From Nitrospirota bacterium (GTDB taxonomy: Bacteria; Nitrospirota; UBA9217), in contig CAVVUN010000015.1 of NCBI GenBank assembly GCA_963751455.1, positions 1,472,001 through 1,536,000 of the forward strand: DNA of 64,000 nt, given 5' to 3'. A program made the position numbers and the translations under genes. Shown piece after piece: positions 45,763 through 54,800 of the stretch. Numbering within the stretch: the stretch's first letter is position 1; the number at the start of each line of letters is the position of its first letter. Under the pieces are notes generated by a model, which was not told the DNA's origin, did no database searches, and worked only from the letters and a program-made list of their open reading frames with translations.

Positions 45763-47715
45763 ATGATACATAGTGTGATTTATAAAACAGCCGGTGTGAT
45801 TTTGACGGTTCTATTACTGATAGTCGGCGGTTGCGGAGAGGATAAAAAATCAGACCAACTAAGCATCAGTCCGCAGAATCACACGATGAACGTGGGAGAT
45901 TCGCTGCAATTTTCCGTCTCAAAAGGCGGCACGGACGTTACGTCCTCTGTTTCTTGGGTCATGTCCAATACCGGCATAATCTCCATGAGTTCGACCGGTC
46001 TGGCGGTTGCTCTGCGCGAGGGAACTACGAAGATAACCGCGACTTACAATAACGAATCAGTCTGGACGAACATCACGGTCCAGTCGCAGGGCGGCGGCGC
46101 TGCAACGCTGCAATCCATCACGATAGGGCCGGATACGGCCTCGATAGCCGTGAGCGGTACACAGCAGTTTACCGCAACTGGGCATTATTCCGACAGCAGT
46201 ACCCAGAATCTGACTTCTGTTGCCACCTGGGCTTCCGACAACAATGGGGTAGCCACGATCAGCTCCACAGGGCTGGCCGCAGGCGTGAGCGCGGGAACGT
46301 CTTACATCACCGCTTCGTATAGCGGGAAAACAAGCAATAGCGCCACCCTGACGGTCACGACGAGCGGCGGGGGTGGAGGAGGCGGCGGAGGCAGCGGTTC
46401 CAATACGATTTCTACTAATATCAACGCGGCCAGCGTAGTGTCTCTCGGAACGACCACGAATACCTCGATCGCTGCGTCAGCCCTTGGCGGGTATATCGAT
46501 TTTCCCACCACGGACGGCAAGGGCTACGGCATCTACGTTACGGCCGACTCGGCTTCGCTCTCATTGGACGCGGGGTACAACAACGGAGGCAACTGGGTTT
46601 CGATCGGAGTCGGTTCGGTCAATCCCTCAAGCACGAGCGACTACCTGCTCGGTTTCAAGGCCGGTGCCGCGGATTACATGGCGAAGATATCCAACTCGGC
46701 GAACAGCGCGGTCACGTTCGCCTTCACTGTCCGTGAGGCGGATATGGGAGGCTCTCCGTTCGGGACCCCGCTTTCCGTAAGCCCAGGCACGCCCGCCTGG
46801 ATCGGAGCAGCCTGGCTGGCCGGAGATTTTTCGTTCGTAGCGGGAGGTTCCACGGCAACTTTGCAGCTCGACTCCCTGACAGCCGGCGTTGACGTCGCTG
46901 TCTACGAAGCGGACAAAACCACAGTTGTTCTTCCCAAGACCACTGACGGCACGGAGATGCAGCTCACCAAAACGGTCAATCTGGCGGGTCTGACGCACGG
47001 GAACACCTACGTTGTAAGAGTGTCATCTCTTGTCGGGGGCACGAGCGGCGCGAGCATAGGCAGGCTGACCATAACTTCCTCGGGCGGTGCATACGATCTT
47101 TCCTCACTGTCGGGTGCATGGCTATTAGACACTACAGCGGACAGAAGCGCGGGATACGATTTTATCATTACCGACGGCAGCGGCTCGATCACATCGAGCA
47201 GTCTCTACAGCGCGTCCACGCCCACGTACTCTGTTCAGAGCAACGGCGCTTTCACCATTTATACTCCCAGCTCCGATGGCACTACGTTGATTATTTCGGG
47301 GACCCTCGCTTCGTCCACGACAGGGACCCTGAGCGGAGTCGGCCCGAACAGCACGATATCCAAAATCTCCGATCGCGCGCTTTGTCAGGGGGCATGGACC
47401 GGCGCGCTGTTGGTGAGCAGTTCGCCCGTGCACGATCTTGCTTTTGAGATCAAAGCTGATGGCACGCTCGATACCGCGCAGACAAGGACCATCACTCCGT
47501 CGGGCGGCGGCGCGGCCGGGACCATATCGAGCGGCGCGATGGTGGGTCAGGGAAACCTCTGCGTCGGATATTTCACTACTTCTGCGGCAGAGCCCTATAA
47601 TAAGTTTCGGATAAACGGCACGCTAACAACCGGCGCGACGACAACGCTGAGTGGGAATTTCGACAATGATTCCGGAAGCGCCTGGCCCGTGGGCACGGTC
47701 AGCCTGACAAAATAG
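45763..47715 (+). CDS. Ig-like (Big_2) domain surface lipoprotein
   Basis: Lipobox VGGC; two Big_2 repeats (QFTATG.YSD.S..NLT..ATW.S.N..VATIS..GLA); poly-Gly linker; Ser/Thr/Gly-rich beta domains. Confidence 0.8.
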   Translation: MIHSVIYKTAGVILTVLLLIVGGCGEDKKSDQLSISPQNHTMNVGDSLQFSVSKGGTDVTSSVSWVMSNTGIISMSSTGLAVALREGTTKITATYNNESVWTNITVQSQGGGAATLQSITIGPDTASIAVSGTQQFTATGHYSDSSTQNLTSVATWASDNNGVATISSTGLAAGVSAGTSYITASYSGKTSNSATLTVTTSGGGGGGGGGSGSNTISTNINAASVVSLGTTTNTSIAASALGGYIDFPTTDGKGYGIYVTADSASLSLDAGYNNGGNWVSIGVGSVNPSSTSDYLLGFKAGAADYMAKISNSANSAVTFAFTVREADMGGSPFGTPLSVSPGTPAWIGAAWLAGDFSFVAGGSTATLQLDSLTAGVDVAVYEADKTTVVLPKTTDGTEMQLTKTVNLAGLTHGNTYVVRVSSLVGGTSGASIGRLTITSSGGAYDLSSLSGAWLLDTTADRSAGYDFIITDGSGSITSSSLYSASTPTYSVQSNGAFTIYTPSSDGTTLIISGTLASSTTGTLSGVGPNSTISKISDRALCQGAWTGALLVSSSPVHDLAFEIKADGTLDTAQTRTITPSGGGAAGTISSGAMVGQGNLCVGYFTTSAAEPYNKFRINGTLTTGATTTLSGNFDNDSGSAWPVGTVSLTK

Positions 47716-47862
47716 GTGCTGGCTTCCGGCATGACGTTGTACCGTATGTAAATAAGAGCGGGAAGAGAGCAAGCGAGAATTTTTGTAGTTTACAGCAACG
47801 CAGGTTGAGTCTTTCCACGAGTCTCATAGGCAGGCTTACCGAGTTCAGGAAAAAGGCTGGAG

Positions 47863-47900
47863 AGAGGGGTCGTGAAATAGTACGCCCCCTCTTTTTTATT
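47863..47900 (+). terminator. Intrinsic terminator
   Basis: AGAGGGGTCGT-loop-ACGCCCCCTCT followed by a T-run. Confidence 0.65.
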
Positions 47901-48253
47901 GATGCCCTGGACGATACGAGCTCGCGGCGCGCCGTCAGTCAAAAACTAAAGTTTCTAAGAGCGATTTTTAAGAATAATTTGTTGCTTGTCATAATGCGGC
48001 CTGTCCACCATTCTCAATATATTTTTCTTCATTAAAGTATTGGGTGTTTGATCCGCCTCGAGATTATCGGTCAATTTTAGACAACAGCCTGCATCGAAAA
48101 GCACCCTCTTTTTAACCCTGTCTTTCTTTGTGTCTTTGTGCCTTTGCGCGAAAACTGTTTAATCCGCCTTTAGACTTGCATACAAGCGCGCTCCGTACAT
48201 GTATGCCCCCGGTTGATAGTGGTAAAATATATGTATATTGAAGGGCTGGAAAA

Positions 48254-50008
48254 ATGGCAATAAAACTACCTGATATAAAGAACGGTCTTACCCCGAATGC
48301 GCTCACGGTTCTCGAGAGCAGGTACCTGAAGAAGGACGAGCAGGGGGATGTGGTCGAAACGCCGGAGGAAATGTTCCTGCGGGTCGCGAGCAACATCGCC
48401 CAGGCGGACCTGCCTTATGACGGTCAGGCTGATATCAAGAAAACCGAGGAGGAATTCTTCAGAATATTATCCGAGTTGGAATTCCTTCCCAATTCTCCGA
48501 CTCTTATGAACGCGGGGCGGTCGCTTCAGCAGCTTGCGGCCTGCTTTGTCCTGCCCATTGAGGATTCGCTCGAGTCCATTTTCGACAGCGTAAAGAGCAC
48601 CGCGCTGATCCACCAGAGCGGCGGCGGCACCGGCTTTTCCTTCAGCCGGCTCCGGCCGAAGGACGACAGGGTGCGGACTACGGGGGGGGCTGCCAGCGGT
48701 CCTGTCTCGTTCATGCGCGTGTTCAATATGGCAACTGAGGTGATCAAGCAAGGAGGCACCCGGCGGGGGGCTAATATGGGAATCCTCCGGGTGGATCATC
48801 CCGATATCCTCGAGTTCATCACGGCAAAGGAGAAAAACAAGGATCTCTCGAATTTCAACCTCTCAGTAGCCGTGACCGAGGAGTTCATGGCAGCGGTCCG
48901 GAGCGACCGTGATGTCCCGCTTATAAATCCCTCAACAGGAAAGATAGTTAAAATCGTGAAGGCACGGATGATATTCGATAAGATCGTGGAGATGGCATGG
49001 AAGACCGGCGATCCGGGTGTTGTATTTCTCGATCGGATCAACCGTGATAATCCCACGCCGCACCTGGGAGATATGGAGAGTACAAACCCGTGCGGGGAGC
49101 AGCCGCTGCTTCCGTTCGAGCCGTGTAATCTCGGCTCGATCAATCTTGCCCGCATGCTCAAGGAGCATGACGACGGCCAGTACGAGCCGGACTGGGGCAA
49201 AATAGAGCGCTCCGTCCGCACGGGCGTCCATTTCCTCGACAATGTTATAGATATGAGCCGATACCCTCTGGACCAGATAGACAGGATGGCCAAGGGGAAC
49301 CGGAAGATAGGGTTAGGCGTAATGGGTCTTGCTGACATGCTGATACGGCTTAATATTCCGTACAATTCGCAAGACGCGATCGAAATGGGCCAGAGAATCA
49401 TGGCATTCGTCGAAGAGAAAGCGTGGGAAGCATCCGAAGAGCTTGCAGCCATCCGCGGTGTGTTTCCGAATTATTCGGGAAGCAGGTACGAACGCGAAAA
49501 GGGGCCCCGGCTCAGAAATGCCACGGTGACAACAATCGCGCCGACCGGAACCCTGTCGATCATTGCAGGCTGCTCGAGCGGGATCGAACCGCTCTTTGCC
49601 CTGTCCTATATCCGCCACATCCTCGGCAATGTCGATTTACCAGAGGTAAATAACTACTTTCTGGAGATTGCGAAGAAACGGGGTTTTTTGACGCAGCAGC
49701 TTCTTATCCATGCGACAGCAGGGAACTCGATCCAAAAACGCGACGACGTTCCGGATGACATCAAGCGCGTGTTCGTCACCGCATTCGATATTGCGCCTGA
49801 ATGGCATGTGCGCATGCAGGCGGCCTTCCAGCGCTACACGGACAATGCCGTTTCAAAGACGATCAACTTTCCGCAGAAAGCAACGAAAGAGGAGGTTCAG
49901 CGGGCTTTTTTACTTGCGCATGATGAAGGCGTCAAGGGCATCACGATCTTCCGGAGCGGCAGCAAAAGCGAGCAGGTGCTCACTTGTGCTGACCCGCTGT
50001 ACTGCTGA
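48254..50008 (+). CDS. nrdJ: Class II (adenosylcobalamin-dependent) ribonucleotide reductase, compact form
   Basis: NSPTLMNAG, ACFVL, GGGTG, QGG.RRGAN, NPCGEQ, CNLGSINL, TIAPTGT, VSKTIN, KGITIFR. No class I Tyr-Tyr pair; no nrdB nearby. Confidence 0.9.
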   Translation: MAIKLPDIKNGLTPNALTVLESRYLKKDEQGDVVETPEEMFLRVASNIAQADLPYDGQADIKKTEEEFFRILSELEFLPNSPTLMNAGRSLQQLAACFVLPIEDSLESIFDSVKSTALIHQSGGGTGFSFSRLRPKDDRVRTTGGAASGPVSFMRVFNMATEVIKQGGTRRGANMGILRVDHPDILEFITAKEKNKDLSNFNLSVAVTEEFMAAVRSDRDVPLINPSTGKIVKIVKARMIFDKIVEMAWKTGDPGVVFLDRINRDNPTPHLGDMESTNPCGEQPLLPFEPCNLGSINLARMLKEHDDGQYEPDWGKIERSVRTGVHFLDNVIDMSRYPLDQIDRMAKGNRKIGLGVMGLADMLIRLNIPYNSQDAIEMGQRIMAFVEEKAWEASEELAAIRGVFPNYSGSRYEREKGPRLRNATVTTIAPTGTLSIIAGCSSGIEPLFALSYIRHILGNVDLPEVNNYFLEIAKKRGFLTQQLLIHATAGNSIQKRDDVPDDIKRVFVTAFDIAPEWHVRMQAAFQRYTDNAVSKTINFPQKATKEEVQRAFLLAHDEGVKGITIFRSGSKSEQVLTCADPLYC

Positions 50009-50065
50009 AATTATGGACGGCCCGTAGTAGGAACCAATAGGACCCGTGGCACCTTTTTTAAACTG

Positions 50066-50197
50066 CAAACGGCAGTTGGACGCGGATGAACTCGGATTTA
50101 CGCAGATTAAAACCAGATAAAATATGACCGAATATCCATTCGCCATCCGTGAATCATTTAATCCGCGTTTATCCGATTTTATCTGTGTCCAAATGCT
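50066..50197. repeat. Decayed relative of the 39941-40223 MITE / 9-mer palindrome
   Basis: AAACGGCAGTTGGACGCGGATGAAC ... ATCTGTGTCCAAATGC. A further remnant lies at about 51215-51340. Confidence 0.6.
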
Positions 50198-50292
50198 TTA
50201 AGAAATGCCTTTCGACCTGTCTGCACTGAGCCCATTTCCGTATCGATTCGTGAAAATCCGTGGCTGAATTCTTCTTCACTATGCCCCGCGTC

Positions 50293-50326
50293 GGGTATTG
50301 ACAATACCCCGCATTTCTCATACCAT
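50293..50326 (+). promoter_or_regulatory. Sigma70 promoter with a palindromic operator over the -35 box
   Basis: TTGACA(50298)-N17-TACCAT(50321); perfect GGGTATTG-A-CAATACCC palindrome. Confidence 0.6.
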
Positions 50327-50332
50327 AGCCGT

Positions 50333-51166
50333 ATGATCCTGCAAGAGCGCCACGTGAACTTCGCGGAACGTCGCAAGAGAAAAGTGCTTGTCGTCGAGGA
50401 CGATCCTGAGATCAATGAGGCTTACCGGGAAAATCTTTCCGAGCACTTCCATGTCATTGCGGTCAGGTCGGGCTCGGGCGCCATCGGTATGGCTAAAGCG
50501 ATGAAAAGTATTGAACTCGTGCTGCTGGACTATATGCTGCCTGATATGTCAGGCATGGATGTTTTGAAGGAAATAAGAAAGGCGCTTACGGCGGTTCCCG
50601 TAATACTCGTAACTGGGCACGGGACCGAGGAGCTTGCCGTGCGGTCTTTTCGCTGCGGTGTGACGGACTATATCAAGAAGCCTTTCGACTATGCCTACCT
50701 TATTTCGAGAATGAACTCACTATTATCCAGCGGCGGCCAATGTCGGGATGCCGAAACAACGCAGGAATTGAATGAACCAGCCGGAACCGCGGACGCTGCA
50801 TCCTCTACGTTTTCTCCTCAGCACCTCGTAAATATCCAGAAGGTCATCCGTCATATCGATAATAATTATATGACCGGCATCGATCTAGAGGAGGCAGCCC
50901 GAATAGCCTGCATGTCTCCCTGTCATTTCTCGAGGATTTTCAGGAAAGCGCACGGGACAGGGTTCAAGGAACATCTGCACAGCAAGCGGATCGAAAAAGC
51001 AACGGAACTGCTTCAGAATCCCGCTCTATCAGTGGCCGAGATAGCCTTTGCAGTCGGATACGGCGACCTTACCCACTTCGAGAGGATTTTCAAGAAAGCA
51101 AAATGTTCGACCCCCAGCGCATACAGGAACACCCTTCCGAAAGAGCAGTTCTCCCTCTTAAAATAA
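50333..51166 (+). CDS. Response regulator with AraC-type HTH (YesN-like)
   Basis: VEDD, LDYMLP.MSG, DYIKKP; MSPCHFSRIF, A.ELL, EIAFAVGY...HF.RIFKK...TPSAYR. Confidence 0.9.
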   Translation: MILQERHVNFAERRKRKVLVVEDDPEINEAYRENLSEHFHVIAVRSGSGAIGMAKAMKSIELVLLDYMLPDMSGMDVLKEIRKALTAVPVILVTGHGTEELAVRSFRCGVTDYIKKPFDYAYLISRMNSLLSSGGQCRDAETTQELNEPAGTADAASSTFSPQHLVNIQKVIRHIDNNYMTGIDLEEAARIACMSPCHFSRIFRKAHGTGFKEHLHSKRIEKATELLQNPALSVAEIAFAVGYGDLTHFERIFKKAKCSTPSAYRNTLPKEQFSLLK

Positions 51167-51880
51167 AATTCTCACCATTGCCACGCTGCAGAATTCGTCG
51201 TGAGCCCTCAGTCGAACGATGAACGCTGATTATCGGATAAAACCAGATATTTGGGTGGCAACAAACTTCACAAAAGTTAAATTATAATTAAAATCAAAGA
51301 GTTATCCGCGTTTACCCCATTTTTATCTGCATCCAAATTTCGCTTCAGTCCTTTTTTCCGTTTTCAGGTAACATAGTATGTCACAAAAAATCGCAAAAAA
51401 TGCCGAATAAATTCACAAAAATTGCCGAGACAAAATATTTAAAATAGTATACGGTAATTACAACTTTTTTCGTATTAGTGGTTATTTTGGGTTGTAAAAG
51501 TGGTCAACTCGCGAATTATCTGTAGCGGTTCGAGGCAGCGCACAGACAGCGAGTTTTCAATTCTCGGCAGTTTTTAGGAAAGAAACCGATGAATTTTTGA
51601 AAACCAGTGCTACAGATTTGAATACCCTAAAAATACCCCGACCCTATAAAAACATGAAACATCAAGATGTTAAAACGATATTTAATCCGTTGGCGCGCTC
51701 AACTTACAATTTGAAGTTGACGACAAATAAAAGAGGGACTATTGTTTGATACCATTCTTATAATAATATAATACTAAAGCTTCAACGCCGGCCAGTACGC
51801 GGTGCACCTGGGCAATTTATTATTTTTTACGATTAACAGCAGGTTTGTTATGCGGTAAGACTTCTTTGAGGAGGTCTGTC

Positions 51881-54800
51881 ATTAGACACCGAACTCTGTC
51901 CATAAGAACAGCATCGAACCCGCTTCCTGCATTACCGGCTACAGAAAAATCTACGGTCTCAACCTATCCTCGTCTTCTCGTCATAATCTCGGTGCTCTTC
52001 TTGGTATTTCTGCTGCCCTGCACCGAAGTATCCGCGGCCACCTATGTCAGCGGGACAATTTCCGCGAATACTACATGGACACTCGCCAATAGCCCCTACA
52101 TCGTCACAGGGGACATCTCCGTAAACGGTTCCACGCTCACGATCCAGGCCGGGGTAACGGTCAAGTTCGATCAATATGCGACACTCTTCATCGACGGGGG
52201 CGTGTTACGGGCAGTGGGGACTTCTTCAGCGCCTATAACCTTTACCTCCAGCGAAGCGAGCCCGACCCCCGGGTACTGGGGCGGCATCTTTTTTTCTGAC
52301 AGCACGGTGGGCACGAACACGTTGCTTCAGTACGTGACGGTTGAGTACGGGGGGGCGAACTACGGCAGCAACCTCTATATCTACTACGCGTCTCCCACGA
52401 TCAAGAACTGCACGATCCGGAAAAGCTCGGGTTACGGGATTTATACTTATGGCGGTTCACCTGTCATCCAGAACAACTCCATAAAGGAGAACTAGACAGC
52501 GGGGATATACGGCAACTCCGCCTCGTTCACGGCAACGGCGAACGCGATCACGAACAACGGCACGAACGGGATCCAGGATAACACGGGTTCTGCACTTTCA
52601 ATATCCGGGAACAGCATCTCGGGCAGCGGATCATACCCTGTGCGGATGTCGATCAAACAAAGCGGAAATGTAAACACCTATGGAACAAACGGCATCAACG
52701 CAGTGTATGTAGTTGGCGATACGGTAAGCCAGAGCCTGACGATGAAGAATACAGGCATTCCCTACATCGTCACGGCCGCCGACATCTACGTAAGCGGTTC
52801 CACGCTCACGATCGAGGCCGGAGTAACGGTCAAGTTCGATCAATACACGACGCTCTGGGTCGGTGAGAGCGGCGTGTTACGGGCAGTGGGGACTTCTTCA
52901 GCGCCTATAACCTTTACCTCCAGCGAAGCGAGCCCGACCCCCGGGTACTGGGGCGGCATCTTTTTTTCTGACAGCACGGTGGGCACGAACACGTTGCTTC
53001 AGTACGTGACGGTTGAGTACGGGGGGGCGAACTACGGCAGCAACCTCTATATCTACTACGCGTCTCCCACGATCAAGAACTGCACGATCCGGAAAAGCTC
53101 GGGTTACGGGATTTATACTTATGGCGGTTCACCTGTCATCCAGAACAACTCCATAAAGGAGAACTAGACAGCGGGGATATACGGCAACTCCGCCTCGTTC
53201 ACGGCAACGGCGAACGCGATCACGAACAACGGCACGAACGGGATTTACGACAGCACGGGTTCCGCACTTTCAATCTCCGGGAACAGCATTTCGGGCAGCG
53301 GATCGTACCCGGTCAGGATACCGATCAAACAGACCGGGAACGTAAACACCTATGGAACGAACGGCATCAACGCTGTATACGTCGTCGGCGGCACAGTAGA
53401 CCAGAGCCTGACGATGAAGAATACAGGCATCCCCTACGTTGTAGCGAGCGATATCAACGTAAGCGGTTCCACGTTCACGATCGAGGCCGGGGTAACAGTC
53501 AAGTTCGATCAATACGTGACACTGTTTGTCACTGACGGGGGCGTGCTGCGGGCAGTGGGAACGTCTTCCTCACTTATTACCTTTACTTCAAGCGAGTCGA
53601 GTCCGACCCCCGGGTACTGGGGCGGCATCTTTTTTTCTAACGCAGGCGCGAGCACGCTGCTTCAATACGCGACTGTGGAGTATGGAGGGGCGAACTACGG
53701 CAGCAACCTCTATATCTACTACGCGTCTCCCACAATCAAGAACTGCACGATCCGGAAAAGCTCGGGACACGGGATATTTGTCAATGGAAGCGGCGCAAAT
53801 CCTAATATATCCTATACCTTATTAACCGCCAACGTCAACGGTCTCTATGCCACAGGTTACGCAAATCCCGTTATTTCAACCAACGACATTATCAGCAATA
53901 CCGATTACGGGGTCTATAATGAGCCGTGGTCCACTGAAGTGAATGCCGAAAACAACTGGTGGGGACATGCCAGCGGTCCATATCATCCCACTTTGAACAG
54001 CGCGGGCCGCGGGAACAAGGTCAGTGATAACGTAGATTTCTCCCCCTGGAGAACGGTAAGCAGCGCGCAGGATGTCACTCCTCCAGCCGACCCGGTCGTT
54101 ACGAGCCAACTTGCCACGAAGAACAATCCGTACACCCTCGCAGGCACGAAGGAGGCCAATTCATCTATCTTCGTCAATAACACCCAGGTCATACCCGTGA
54201 ACTCCAGCACGACCTGGCAGTACCAAGTGACGCTTCAGGAGGGCCCGAACAGTTACTCCGTCAGTTCACGGGACTCCGCGGGCAACCCGAGCAATTCTAT
54301 AGACGTGACTGTCATCCTCGACACAAATGCGCCCACAATAGAAAGCTCTTTGCCTGCCGACAACGCCTGGGTGAAGACCTTGTCCACAGTGACGTTCGAT
54401 CTCAACGATTCCTATTCGACAATCAATTTTTCAACCACGTTCTCCGGCGCAAACATGAAGAACTCCTCCGGACAGGCGGTTGCAGGCTCATGGACCAGTT
54501 CCGGACCAAATAGGGCTGTATTCACTCCTTCCACTGCTTTGGCCAACGGCGCATATACTGTTACCCTATATCCGACCGACGCTCTCGCAAACAAGAGGAC
54601 AGTGACCATTGCTTTTACCCTGGATTCCGTGCCGCCCGCGCGGCCCACGATCGATCCCTTGACAGCGCCCGTTCTCAGCTCCGCAGTCGCTATTAGCGGT
54701 ACGAAGAGCCTTGATTCGACAGCGATTGTCGTCACTATTGATTGTGCCGGAGCAACGGTCTATGACGCATGGTATCCTGATGACCTCACATGGAGCACAG

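Noticed and set aside
48010-48245. NrdR boxes or a cobalamin riboswitch upstream of nrdJ
   Set aside because: Only weak AT-rich partial matches; no convincing tandem boxes or B12-box seen.
51881-53167. Genome-wide TAG reassignment
   Set aside because: Conserved genes in the window end at TAG at their expected C-termini.
52199-53765. Diversity-generating retroelement template/variable repeat pair
   Set aside because: The core copies are identical rather than adenine-variable, and no reverse transcriptase is in the window.
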